Source: an uncultured delta proteobacterium (lineage in GTDB: Bacteria; Myxococcota_A; Polyangia; Polyangiales; JAFGIB01). Taken from it: a stretch of DNA of 64,000 bases. The stretch spans positions 864,001 through 928,000 of the forward strand of contig CAVZVA010000009.1 in assembly GCA_963778655.1 (NCBI GenBank), given 5' to 3'. The notes under the pieces are model-generated. The model was given only the letters and a program-made list of their open reading frames with translations. It was not told where the DNA came from and made no database searches. Below, in pieces: positions 39,310 to 48,135 of this stretch (positions are counted from its first letter, which is position 1; every line of letters starts with the position of its first letter). The position numbers were made by a program, and so were the translations under genes.

Positions 39310-40452
39310 ATGGAGCTAAACGCGGCACAGCGCGAACGTGTCCACGCGGTGCTCGACTTCGCGCGGGCCCGTCTGTCGCCCGGAGCACGCGAGCGCGAAG
39401 CGGCGGGCAGCTTCGACCGCAAGCTCTGGGACGAGGCCGCCGAGTTCGGCCTGGCCGGTTTGCCGATTCCCGAAGCGTGGGGCGGAAGCGGGCTCGACGC
39501 GGTCGACACGATGCTCGTCGTCGAGGCGCTGGGCAAGGGCTGCGAGGACGGCGGCCTGGTGTTCTCGCTTTGCGCACACATGTTCGCCTCGGCGGTGCCG
39601 ATCTGGCGCGCGCGCGCCCCTGAGCTGCACGAGCGCTACCTGCGCGACATCGCCGCCGGCACGCTGATCTGCGCCAACGGCACGACCGAGCCGGAGGCGG
39701 GATCCGACATCTACGCAATGAAGGCCACCGCGCGCCGCGATGGCGACCAGTACGTGCTGGAAGGCACGAAGTGCTTCATCACCAACGCGCCCGTCGCGGA
39801 CCTGTTCCTGATCTATGCGGTGACCCAACCTGGGCGAGGCTTTCTGGGCGTTTCAGGCTTCCTGGTCCCCGCCGGCACGCCGGGTCTGCGCGTGGCGGCC
39901 GAGCACGGCAAGACCGGGCTGCGCACCTCGCCGTGGGGCTCGATATTTCTGGAGGAGTGCCGCGTTCCGCAGAGCGCGCGGCTGGGCCCCGAAGGCTCCG
40001 GCGCCGCGCTCTTCAGCGAGTCGATGGTATGGGAACGCGCCTGCCTGTTCGCCTATTACGTGGGCGCGATGGATCGCACGCTGCAACGCTGCGTCGAGCA
40101 CGCGCGCTCGCGCACCCAGTTCGGTCACCGCATCGGCTCGTTCCAGTCGGTATCCAACCGCATCGTCGACATGAAGCTCAGGCTGGAGACGAGCCGACTG
40201 CTGCTCTATCGCGCGGGCGAGCTACACCGCGCGGGCAAGCGCTGCGACGAGGCCGTGGCGCTGAGCAAGCTGTGGATCTCCGAGGCCGCTTTGCAGTCCG
40301 GCCTGGACGCCATTCAGATCTTCGGAGGAGCCGGGGTGGCGACCGACACGGGCATCGACGCGTTGATGCGCGACGCCGTCCCGTCGCGAATCTTTTCCGG
40401 CAGCTCCGAGATGCAGCGGGCGATCATCGCCAAGATGCTGGGGCTGGCATGA
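39310..40452 (+). CDS. L-prolyl-PCP dehydrogenase-like acyl-CoA dehydrogenase (PltE/RedW/AnaB type)
   Basis: ACAD motifs TEPEAGSD, KCFITNAP and RTQFG; the segments LGKGCEDGGLVFSLCAH and DAVPSRIFSGSSEMQR resemble prolyl-carrier dehydrogenases; overlaps the next gene by 4 nt. Confidence 0.85.
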   Translation: MELNAAQRERVHAVLDFARARLSPGAREREAAGSFDRKLWDEAAEFGLAGLPIPEAWGGSGLDAVDTMLVVEALGKGCEDGGLVFSLCAHMFASAVPIWRARAPELHERYLRDIAAGTLICANGTTEPEAGSDIYAMKATARRDGDQYVLEGTKCFITNAPVADLFLIYAVTQPGRGFLGVSGFLVPAGTPGLRVAAEHGKTGLRTSPWGSIFLEECRVPQSARLGPEGSGAALFSESMVWERACLFAYYVGAMDRTLQRCVEHARSRTQFGHRIGSFQSVSNRIVDMKLRLETSRLLLYRAGELHRAGKRCDEAVALSKLWISEAALQSGLDAIQIFGGAGVATDTGIDALMRDAVPSRIFSGSSEMQRAIIAKMLGLA

Positions 40453-42011
40453 ACCGTCTGGACGAGCTGTTCACGCAGTGCGCCGCACACTCGCCCGACC
40501 AGATCGCGGTCGACGGCGGTGGCGACCTGCTCAGTTACGGCGAGCTCGATCGGCTTGCCAACCGCTTCGGGCGCAGCTTCCTCGCGGCCGGCCTGGCCCC
40601 GGGTGATCGCGTCGGGATTCATCTGCCGCGCTCCGGGCGTGGGGTGGCCGCGATGATCGGCGCGATTCGCAGCGGCGCGGTGTATGTCCCGCTCGATCCG
40701 GGCTCTCCGCCGCAGCGCATGCAGCTGATCGCGCGGGACTGTGGGCTGCGTCACGTCGTGATCGCACCGCAGCTTCTGGCGAGCTGGGTAGCGGCCGGCG
40801 TGATCGAGCCCGTGGAGCACTTTTTCCTCAGCGCCGAAGGTGCGGTCCCGGCGCTTCCGCCGCGGGTAAAGGTGCACACCTGGCAAGAGCTGCAGTCAGG
40901 CGACGCGGCGCCGTGCCCCGAGCGTGCGGGCTCGATCGATGACCTCGCCTACATGCTCTACACCTCGGGCTCCACCGGAGTACCCAAGGGCGTGATGCTC
41001 TCGCATCGCAACGCGCTCGCCTTCGTCGAATGGGCCGCGGACGCGATCGCGCTGCAAGCCGGCGACCGCGTTGCCAGCGTGGCGCCGTTCCACTTCGACC
41101 TCTCCGTGTTCGATCTGTGGTCGTCGCTGTCGCGCGGCGCGAGCGTGTTCATCGTCGACGAGGTCACGGTGCTCAATGGACAGCGCATGCTCGACCGGAT
41201 TCGCGACAAGGCGATCAGCGTGTGGTATTCGGTGCCCTCGGCCCTGGTGCTGATGCTGGAGACCGGCGGGCTCGCCCAGCGAGGCGCGCCGTCCCTGCGC
41301 GTTGTGTTCTTCGCCGGGGAGGTCTTCCCGATCAAGCACCTGCGGCGCACCATGGCGGCCATTCCGCAGGCACGCTTCTTCAACCTATTCGGACCCACCG
41401 AGACCAACGTGTGCCTGGCGTACGAGCTCCCGGGAGCGCCCGATTCCGACGCGACCGCGATTCCTATCGGCCGGCCCAGCTGCGGCGACCAGGCCTTCAT
41501 TCTCGACGGCGAGGGCCATCCGGTCGCCGACGGCGAGATCGGTGAGCTGTTCGTAGAGGGACCGACGGTCATGCTCGGCTACTGGGACAGCGGCCGGCGC
41601 ACGCCCGCCAGGCATCCGTACCCTACCGGCGACATGGTGACGCGGCGCAGCGATGGCGAGTTGGTGTATCACGGACGCCGCGACCACATGGTCAAGATCC
41701 ATGGCTATCGGGTCGAGCTCGGCGAGGTCGAATCGGCGCTGCACGCCCACGAGCGCGTGAAGGAAGCGATCGCGTTCGCCATGGACCAGCGGTTGGTGGC
41801 TGTGATCGTGCCCTCGGACGAGTCGCTTTCCGTGCTGGACATCAAACGCCATTGCGCGGACCGGCTGCCGCGCTACATGATCCCGTCCGACATCCGTATG
41901 GTCATGCAGCTACCGCGCACGTCGAGCGGCAAGACCGACCGCGTCCGCACCAAAGCTGCGGTGATCGAGGGTAATGTGGACGCGCTCGCACCTGTGCGCC
42001 GGCCAAGCTAG
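40449..42011 (+). CDS. Stand-alone adenylation enzyme, probable L-proline--PCP ligase (PltF/RedM/AnaC type)
   Basis: YTSGSTGVPKG, FDLSVFD, FAGE, NLFGPTETNVC, TGD, GRRDHMVKIHGYRVELGE, SGKTDR. Hand-read specificity code DLFYFALVCK is close to the pyrrole-pathway Pro code. Confidence 0.88.
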   Translation: MNRLDELFTQCAAHSPDQIAVDGGGDLLSYGELDRLANRFGRSFLAAGLAPGDRVGIHLPRSGRGVAAMIGAIRSGAVYVPLDPGSPPQRMQLIARDCGLRHVVIAPQLLASWVAAGVIEPVEHFFLSAEGAVPALPPRVKVHTWQELQSGDAAPCPERAGSIDDLAYMLYTSGSTGVPKGVMLSHRNALAFVEWAADAIALQAGDRVASVAPFHFDLSVFDLWSSLSRGASVFIVDEVTVLNGQRMLDRIRDKAISVWYSVPSALVLMLETGGLAQRGAPSLRVVFFAGEVFPIKHLRRTMAAIPQARFFNLFGPTETNVCLAYELPGAPDSDATAIPIGRPSCGDQAFILDGEGHPVADGEIGELFVEGPTVMLGYWDSGRRTPARHPYPTGDMVTRRSDGELVYHGRRDHMVKIHGYRVELGEVESALHAHERVKEAIAFAMDQRLVAVIVPSDESLSVLDIKRHCADRLPRYMIPSDIRMVMQLPRTSSGKTDRVRTKAAVIEGNVDALAPVRRPS

Positions 42012-42020
42012 AGGAGCCCG

Positions 42021-42284
42021 ATGGAAGCGCGCCTGAAGCAGTCCATCCGTGATCACATCGTCGAGACCTGGTTGAACGGCGACGGGCGCGGCCTGGACGA
42101 CGATACAGACCTGCAGCAGACAGGCGTCCTCGATTCCTTTTCCACGCTGGCGCTGGTGGCCTTTCTCGACGAGACCTTCAGCGTGCAAATCGAGCCGTCG
42201 GACATCAACGGCCAGACGTTTCACAGCGTCGACACCATCGCCAAGCTCGTGCTCGAGAAGCTCGCCTCCGGGGGCGCGGGGTGA
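42021..42284 (+). CDS. Peptidyl (prolyl/pyrrolyl) carrier protein
   Basis: 87 aa, acidic, GVLDS phosphopantetheine site; GAGGAG SD; follows the A enzyme directly. Confidence 0.88.
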   Translation: MEARLKQSIRDHIVETWLNGDGRGLDDDTDLQQTGVLDSFSTLALVAFLDETFSVQIEPSDINGQTFHSVDTIAKLVLEKLASGGAG

Positions 42285-42364
42285 GCTCGGCGCGCGGGCG
42301 TCCGTGGCGGACGCCCGCGACCCCCCTTGATCTACAGCCGCCCAGCCTGGAACATGAGGGGACC

Positions 42365-42589
42365 ATGGAAGAGACATTGAGAGAGATCGTGTCCAGAATC
42401 GGCGAGATCGATCCCGACTTCGGCGCCGACGCGCGCCTGACCGACGATCTCAACATCGATTCGTTTCGCGCGGTGGAGATCGTGTTCGAGATCGAGCGCA
42501 GCTTCAGCATCAAGGTACCTGATACCCGCTACAGCGAAGTGCAGACGTTTGCCGACATGGTCAAGCTGATCGGCGAGCTCACGGGATGA
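42365..42589 (+). CDS. Acyl carrier protein
   Basis: 74 aa, DDLNIDSF Ppant site, EIERSFSIKVPD; GAGGGG SD. Confidence 0.88.
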   Translation: MEETLREIVSRIGEIDPDFGADARLTDDLNIDSFRAVEIVFEIERSFSIKVPDTRYSEVQTFADMVKLIGELTG

Positions 42590-42640
42590 GGCGATACGAC
42601 GTGATGCGATGAACGCTTCAGCTCGACAGGGAGGCCCCGC

Positions 42641-43861
42641 GTGCCGCGACGGGTGGTGATCACCGGCTGCGGGGTGGTCACCGCTGCCGGAACCGAGCTC
42701 GACGCGTTCTGGCAAGGGCTGCTCGACGGAACGTGTCGGATCGGGCCATTGCGCGGATTCTCGGCCCCGGGCATGGAAGGGCTGTACGGCGCGGAGGTCG
42801 CGCTGCCGGAGGCCGATCGCCTGCCGCCCAGCGTGGACGAGGACCCCCGGCGTGCGCGCTGCCTGGAGCTTGCTCTGGCCGCAGCGCGTCGCGCGCTGCG
42901 CGACGCTGGCGCGATCGACCGGCGCGACCTGTTGACGCCTGCCGGCATGGTGTTCGGGACGACCCTGGGCGAAGAGCGCCAGATCGGTGACCTGACGGAA
43001 CGCAAGCTGGCCGCCGGCGGGTCTGTTGCCGACGCCGGCTTCTTCACCCGCAGCAACAACCATCGGCTCGCCGCGCTGATCGCGGCACAGCACGGGCTGA
43101 GCGGTCCGGTGTTGCTCGCCGCCACGGCGTGCAGCTCTGGCAACACGGCGCTCGCGCTGGCCTACGACGCGCTTGTCGACGGCGAGGCCGAGCTGATGCT
43201 GGCCGGGGGCGCCGACACCTTCACGCGCCTGATCTACTGCGGGTTTCAGCGCATGGGGGCGCTGTCCAAGGCGATCTGCAAGCCGTTCGACAAGAACCGC
43301 GACGGGGTCGCGTTCGGCGAAGGCGCCGGCGCGCTGGTGCTCGAGGAGCTGGAGCACGCCCGCGGCCGCGGCGCGCAGATCTACGCCGAGCTCGCCGGCT
43401 ACGCCTTCAGTAACGACGCCCACCACATCACCGCGCCCGGGCCCGAGGGTGAGGGCTTCGTGCGCGCCATGCGCGACGCGCTCGCTCGCACCGGGACCCG
43501 CCCGCAGGACGTGAGCTACGTCAGCGCGCACGGTACTGGGACGCCCTACAACGATCGCGGTGAGTGCCAGGCGATGCAGGCGGTCTTCGCAGAGCATGCG
43601 CCGCGCGTGCCCATCAGCTCGATCAAGTCGATGATCGGCCACACCAACGGAGCGGCGAGCGCGATCGAGACGGTCGCGTGCGCGCTCGCGTTGCGTCATC
43701 AGGCGGTGCCGCCGACGGCCAATCTGGTCGAGCCGGAGCCGGGCTTCGATCTCGATTTCGTGCCGGGCAAGGGGCGTTCGACGCCGGTGCACACGTGCCT
43801 GAACCTCGCGGCCGGTTTCGGCGGCGCGAACGTGTGCCTGGTATTGAAGGAGGCGCCGTGA
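42641..43861 (+). CDS. Beta-ketoacyl-ACP synthase (type II KS-alpha/FabF-like, catalytically intact)
   Basis: RRVVITG, TACSSG (Cys), AHGTGT (His), KSMIGHT (His), GFGG. Confidence 0.93.
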   Translation: MPRRVVITGCGVVTAAGTELDAFWQGLLDGTCRIGPLRGFSAPGMEGLYGAEVALPEADRLPPSVDEDPRRARCLELALAAARRALRDAGAIDRRDLLTPAGMVFGTTLGEERQIGDLTERKLAAGGSVADAGFFTRSNNHRLAALIAAQHGLSGPVLLAATACSSGNTALALAYDALVDGEAELMLAGGADTFTRLIYCGFQRMGALSKAICKPFDKNRDGVAFGEGAGALVLEELEHARGRGAQIYAELAGYAFSNDAHHITAPGPEGEGFVRAMRDALARTGTRPQDVSYVSAHGTGTPYNDRGECQAMQAVFAEHAPRVPISSIKSMIGHTNGAASAIETVACALALRHQAVPPTANLVEPEPGFDLDFVPGKGRSTPVHTCLNLAAGFGGANVCLVLKEAP

Positions 43862-45069
43862 GCTGGCCGCGCCCCGACGACCCGGCCGTGGTGGTCACCG
43901 GGGTGTCCGTGTTGACGCCGCTGGGCGACGGGTTGCAGACGCTGGCCGGGGCGCTCGGCGAAGGGCGCGATGCGATCGCGCCGGCCTCCGATCCTGCCGG
44001 CGGGGCCGAGACGAGGATCGCGGGCTTCGAGGCCGCCCGCTATGCCAACGTGCGCGGCATGCGGGTCTATCACCGCACCACGCAGCTCGGGATCTGCGCG
44101 ACCAAGCTTTCGCTCGATGACGCCGGCCTGAAGCCCGAACAGCTCGAGCCGGCGCGGTTTGGCGTGATCAATGCTTCGACCTACGCGCACCTGGACACGC
44201 TGCTGGCCTACGACGAGGGTCTGGTCACGCTCGGCATCCAGCGCACCAACCCGACGCTCATGCCGCTGGGCTTGCACAGCGCGCCGGGCGCAGCCGTCGC
44301 GCTCGCCTTCGGCGCCAAGGCCTTCTCGGTCACGCTCAGCGACGGTGGCGCGGCCGGTCTCGCAGCCCTCGGCCTGGGCGCGCGCATGCTGGCGGACCGG
44401 CGCGCCGATGTCTGCGTCGTGGTCGGGGCGATGGGGCCGTGCCGCGAGCTGGCGGCCTCCGCGACGGAGGCGTCTTTCGCGGCGAGCGCGGAGGAGTTCG
44501 CGGTGCTCGACGAGCGCGCGTGCGGGCTGGCCTTCGGCGAGGCCTCGGCCGCGCTGGTGCTGGAGCGGGCCGACAGCGCGCACGCACGCGGCGCGCAGCC
44601 GAAGCTCGCAATCGCTGGGCTGGCGAGCGCGTTCGCGCCCGAGCCTGCGGGGCTGGATCACGCGCTCGGACGAGCCTGTGCGGGCTCCCTGCGCCTGGCG
44701 GGAATCGAGCCGGGCCAGCTCGCGCTGGTGAGCACGGGCGCCAACGGCCTCCGCGCACACGACGATGCGCACGCTCGCGCGTTGCTCGCGCTGCTGGGAC
44801 CGGCCGCCGGCTGCACGCCACTGTTGGCTACCAAGGCCAATCTTGGCGAGACCTTCGACGTCTCGGGGCTGCTGCAGAGCGTCGCGGCCCTGGCCGCGCT
44901 GCGCTTGGGCGTTGCGCCCCCGATCGCGCGCCTGCGCCGCCCGCGCGCGCCGGGCCTGTGCTGCCCGCGCGAGCCCACCGCGCTGGCTCCGGGCCGCGCG
45001 CTGGTCACCGCTACCTCGTTCACGGGCGCCTGCTCCGCGCTGGTGCTAGAGCAGCCCGATGAGCGCTGA
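43858..45069 (+). CDS. Inactive KS homologue / chain-length factor
   Basis: KS fold (VVVTG, FGEASAALVLE) with catalytic motifs replaced: DGGAAG (no Cys), STGANG, KANLGET; GTGA overlap with the KS stop. Confidence 0.85.
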   Translation: MSWPRPDDPAVVVTGVSVLTPLGDGLQTLAGALGEGRDAIAPASDPAGGAETRIAGFEAARYANVRGMRVYHRTTQLGICATKLSLDDAGLKPEQLEPARFGVINASTYAHLDTLLAYDEGLVTLGIQRTNPTLMPLGLHSAPGAAVALAFGAKAFSVTLSDGGAAGLAALGLGARMLADRRADVCVVVGAMGPCRELAASATEASFAASAEEFAVLDERACGLAFGEASAALVLERADSAHARGAQPKLAIAGLASAFAPEPAGLDHALGRACAGSLRLAGIEPGQLALVSTGANGLRAHDDAHARALLALLGPAAGCTPLLATKANLGETFDVSGLLQSVAALAALRLGVAPPIARLRRPRAPGLCCPREPTALAPGRALVTATSFTGACSALVLEQPDER

Positions 45070-45817
45070 AGCAACCCCGAGCCAGGATCGCGTCGCGATC
45101 GTCACCGGAGGGTCGCGCGGCATCGGCAAGGCGGTGGTCGAGCGGCTGTGCCGTGCGGGCGTGGAGGTCTGCTTCACCTTCCTCAGCAACGAACAGGCGG
45201 CCGACGCGGTCGTGCAGGCGCTGCGCGGCGAAGGCCACAGGCTGCGCGCCGTGCGCGCGGACTCGCGCGACAAGGCCGCGCTCGCGGCGCTCGTGGAGGG
45301 CGTGCTGGCGGAGCGCGGCAAGCTCGACGTCCTGATCAACAACGCAGGCGTCACCGCCGATCGACTTCTGCCCATGATGAGCGACGACGAGTGGTCGAAC
45401 GTGCTCGACACCAGTCTCAATGGGCTGTTCGGCGCCACGCGGCCGGCAGCGCGCCAGATGATGCGCCAGCGCGCCGGCCGCATCGTCAACCTGACCTCGG
45501 TCTCGGGGGTGATCGGCATCGCGGGGCAGACCAACTACTGCGCGGCCAAGTCGGCGATCATCGGCTTCACCCGCGCGCTGGCCAAGGAGCTCGCCCCGTG
45601 GGGCGTGTGTGCGAACGCCGTCGCGCCGGGCTACGTCGACACCGATATGCTGGGCTCGTTCACGCCCGCGCAGCGCAAGGCGGCGCTCGAGCGCGTGCCC
45701 ATGCGCCGCTTCGCCAGCGCCGACGAGATCGCTGCGCTGGTCGCCTACGTGGCGTTGGAAGCGCCGTCATTCCTCACCGGACAGACGCTGGTGATCGACG
45801 GCGGCATGAGCACGTAG
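45059..45817 (+). CDS. fabG: 3-oxoacyl-ACP reductase (FabG-like KR)
   Basis: TGGSRGIG, NNAG, GQTNYCAAK, PGYVDTDM, IDGG; overlaps the CLF end. Confidence 0.9.
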   Translation: MSAEATPSQDRVAIVTGGSRGIGKAVVERLCRAGVEVCFTFLSNEQAADAVVQALRGEGHRLRAVRADSRDKAALAALVEGVLAERGKLDVLINNAGVTADRLLPMMSDDEWSNVLDTSLNGLFGATRPAARQMMRQRAGRIVNLTSVSGVIGIAGQTNYCAAKSAIIGFTRALAKELAPWGVCANAVAPGYVDTDMLGSFTPAQRKAALERVPMRRFASADEIAALVAYVALEAPSFLTGQTLVIDGGMST

Positions 45818-46023
45818 ATGTGGTCGCAAGCGACCGCTAGCCTGCGCCGCGCCCCGCCTTGTGCGCGACTCGAGGACGCCATACGATCCTGCATCCATGA
45901 GTTGGGTCCCCATCGTCGCCAGCACCGATCGCGCTCGCCCGCCTCGATGCGCGGCGACGGGCGGCAAGCAGAAACGCATCCGTGCGGCTCGAAGCTGCTG
46001 CCGTTGCACCGGGGGTTGACGCT

Positions 46024-46587
46024 GTGCGTTTGATTTCCACGGCGCTTGAAGGCGTGGTCGTGATCGAGCCGGACGTGTTCGAGGACCCGCGCGGATACTT
46101 CTTCGAAAGCTATTCGGCGCGACGCTTTGCGGAGCGGGGTCTGCCCGCTAGCTTCGTTCAAGACAACGTCTCGCGTTCGTGCCGGCACACGCTGCGCGGT
46201 CTTCACCTGCAGTCTCCGCCATTCGCGCAGGGCAAGCTCGTATACGCGCTCGAGGGCGAGGTGCTCGACGTCGCAGTCGACGTGCGCCCTGGCTCCCCGA
46301 CCTTCGGCAGCGCCGTGGCCCAAGTGCTTTCAGAGAAGAATCGCCGGCAGTTCTACGTGCCGCCAGGTCTCGCGCACGGCTTCTGCGTCATCAGTGAGCA
46401 CGCCGTCGTGGCGTACAAGTGCACCCAGTACTACACGCCGCAAGCCGAGCTATCGGTGTTGTGGAGTGACCCCGACCTCGGCATTGAATGGCCGACGTCG
46501 ACCCCGCTGCTGTCAGCGAAGGACGCGGCGGCTCCTCGGCTGCGCGATATTGCCCTAGAGCGCCTGGCGCCAGGGGAGCGGGAGTAG
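46024..46587 (+). CDS. rmlC: dTDP-4-dehydrorhamnose 3,5-epimerase
   Basis: DPRGYFFESY, VQDN, LRGLHLQ, QGKLV, GLAHGF, LSAKD. Confidence 0.95.
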   Translation: MRLISTALEGVVVIEPDVFEDPRGYFFESYSARRFAERGLPASFVQDNVSRSCRHTLRGLHLQSPPFAQGKLVYALEGEVLDVAVDVRPGSPTFGSAVAQVLSEKNRRQFYVPPGLAHGFCVISEHAVVAYKCTQYYTPQAELSVLWSDPDLGIEWPTSTPLLSAKDAAAPRLRDIALERLAPGERE

Positions 46588-46589
46588 GC

Positions 46590-47444
46590 GTGCAGAGCAC
46601 CGAGCTGTCGCCGTTGCTCCTGGTCGGCGCCACGGGCATGCTGGGTCGCGCGTTCGCCGCGCTGCTCACGCGCGAGAACCTCGCCTTCAAAGTGATGGAT
46701 CTGCCGGAAATCGATCTCGCTGTTCCGGAGAGCATTTGCGCAGCGGTGCAGCTCGGCGTGCGCACCGTGATCAATTGCGCGGCCTTTACCAACGTGGACG
46801 CCGCCGAGAGCGACGAGGCCACCGCAACCGCCATCAATGGCGAGAGCGTCGGCGTTCTGGCGCGGCGCTGTGCGGAGCTCGGCGCAACGCTGGTGCACTT
46901 CAGCACGGACTATGTGTTCGATGGTTACGCAGATCGACCCTATCCCGTGGATCACCAGCGTGCGCCGATCAACGCGTACGGTCGCAGCAAGGCACTCGGT
47001 GAGCGCTTGCTAGAGCAGAGCACGGCCCGCCACCTGCTCGTCCGGACCAGCTGGCTGTATGCCCCGTGGGGCAAGAACTTCGTGCTGACAATGCGCGAGC
47101 TGATGCGAACACGCGCATCGGTCAAGGTGGTCGGCGACCAGGTCGGGCGTCCCACCAGCGCCGAGTATCTGGCGGAGCGGTCGTTTGCGTTGCTGCGGCG
47201 CGGCTGCACCGGGAGCTTTCACGTGACCGATGGGGGCCAGTGCTCCTGGTACGGGTTTGCCGCTCGGATCGCGGCCTCCGAGGGGTCGAGCTGCCAGATC
47301 GTCCCCTGCACGACCGAGGAGTTTCCACGACCCGCTTCCAGGCCGCGCTACAGTGTGCTCGATCTGAGCCTCACCGAGGCGGAGATCGGACCGTCGCGCC
47401 CGTGGGAGGAGAGCTTGGAGCGCGTCCTGTCGGCGCTTTCGTGA
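46590..47444 (+). CDS. rmlD: dTDP-4-dehydrorhamnose reductase
   Basis: GATGMLG, NCAAFTNVDAAE, STDYVFDG, YGRSK, RTSWLY, DQVGRPT. Confidence 0.95.
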   Translation: MQSTELSPLLLVGATGMLGRAFAALLTRENLAFKVMDLPEIDLAVPESICAAVQLGVRTVINCAAFTNVDAAESDEATATAINGESVGVLARRCAELGATLVHFSTDYVFDGYADRPYPVDHQRAPINAYGRSKALGERLLEQSTARHLLVRTSWLYAPWGKNFVLTMRELMRTRASVKVVGDQVGRPTSAEYLAERSFALLRRGCTGSFHVTDGGQCSWYGFAARIAASEGSSCQIVPCTTEEFPRPASRPRYSVLDLSLTEAEIGPSRPWEESLERVLSALS

Positions 47445-47512
47445 TCGTGGCGGCTGCGATTTGACTTGTCGAGGCTTCAGGGTCACAGCAGACGCGACCG
47501 CCATACTCGGGT

Positions 47513-48088
47513 ATGGGCTTCTTCCTCACGCAGACTCCGGAAGGCGATTGGGCTCCCGGCATCGGCGACCCTACGCCACTCGGATGGTTCACGGTGTTCG
47601 CCTATCTGGTGGCGGCCGTCCTGTGCTTCCGAGCTTGGCAGAGAGCTCGCCGCGGGGCAACGGCCGAGCCGCGTCTGGCCTTTGCCTGGGGCTGCTTTGC
47701 CGTATTGATGTTGGCGTTGGGCATCAACAAGCAGCTCGATCTGCAGACCTTGCTGACCGTAGTCGGCAGGCGCGTGGCCCAGCGCGACGGCTGGTACGAG
47801 CGCCGCCAAGTCGTTCAGCGACTGTTCATCCACGGGCTCTTGGGGCTGGCTTCTGCGTCCCTCTTGGCTGGCTTCTGGTTCATGCGCAAGCACCTGCGAG
47901 AGCTATGGCTTGCGGGCTTCGGGGCGATCTTCATCGCCACCTTCGTGTTGATCCGCGCCGCGTCGTTCCACCACGTGGACATCCTGCTCGATCGCACCTA
48001 CCTAGGGGCTCGCGTCAACTGGATACTCGAGCTCGGTGGCATTGCCTGCGTAGCAGCGGGCGCGCGCCTGCAGGGGCGCCGCCAGTGA
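47513..48088 (+). CDS. Membrane protein of unknown function
   Basis: About five TM segments; WAPGIGDPT and LGINKQLDLQ motifs that I recall from other EPS loci (unverified). Confidence 0.75.
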   Translation: MGFFLTQTPEGDWAPGIGDPTPLGWFTVFAYLVAAVLCFRAWQRARRGATAEPRLAFAWGCFAVLMLALGINKQLDLQTLLTVVGRRVAQRDGWYERRQVVQRLFIHGLLGLASASLLAGFWFMRKHLRELWLAGFGAIFIATFVLIRAASFHHVDILLDRTYLGARVNWILELGGIACVAAGARLQGRRQ

Positions 48089-48135
48089 CTTCGCCGCCCC
48101 ATTGCCGTCGAGCCGCGAGCGGGCGGCCGCGCGCG

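Noticed and set aside
40449..42284. DltA/DltC-type D-alanylation system
   Set aside because: The specificity code resembles pyrrole-pathway Pro ligases, a prolyl-dehydrogenase-like gene is coupled upstream, and no MBOAT (DltB) or DltD is present.
39310..45817. Prodiginine, pyoluteorin or aromatic type II PKS cluster
   Set aside because: No RedN/PigH oxoamine synthase, RedH/PigC condensing enzyme, halogenase, type I PKS or aromatase/cyclase in the window.
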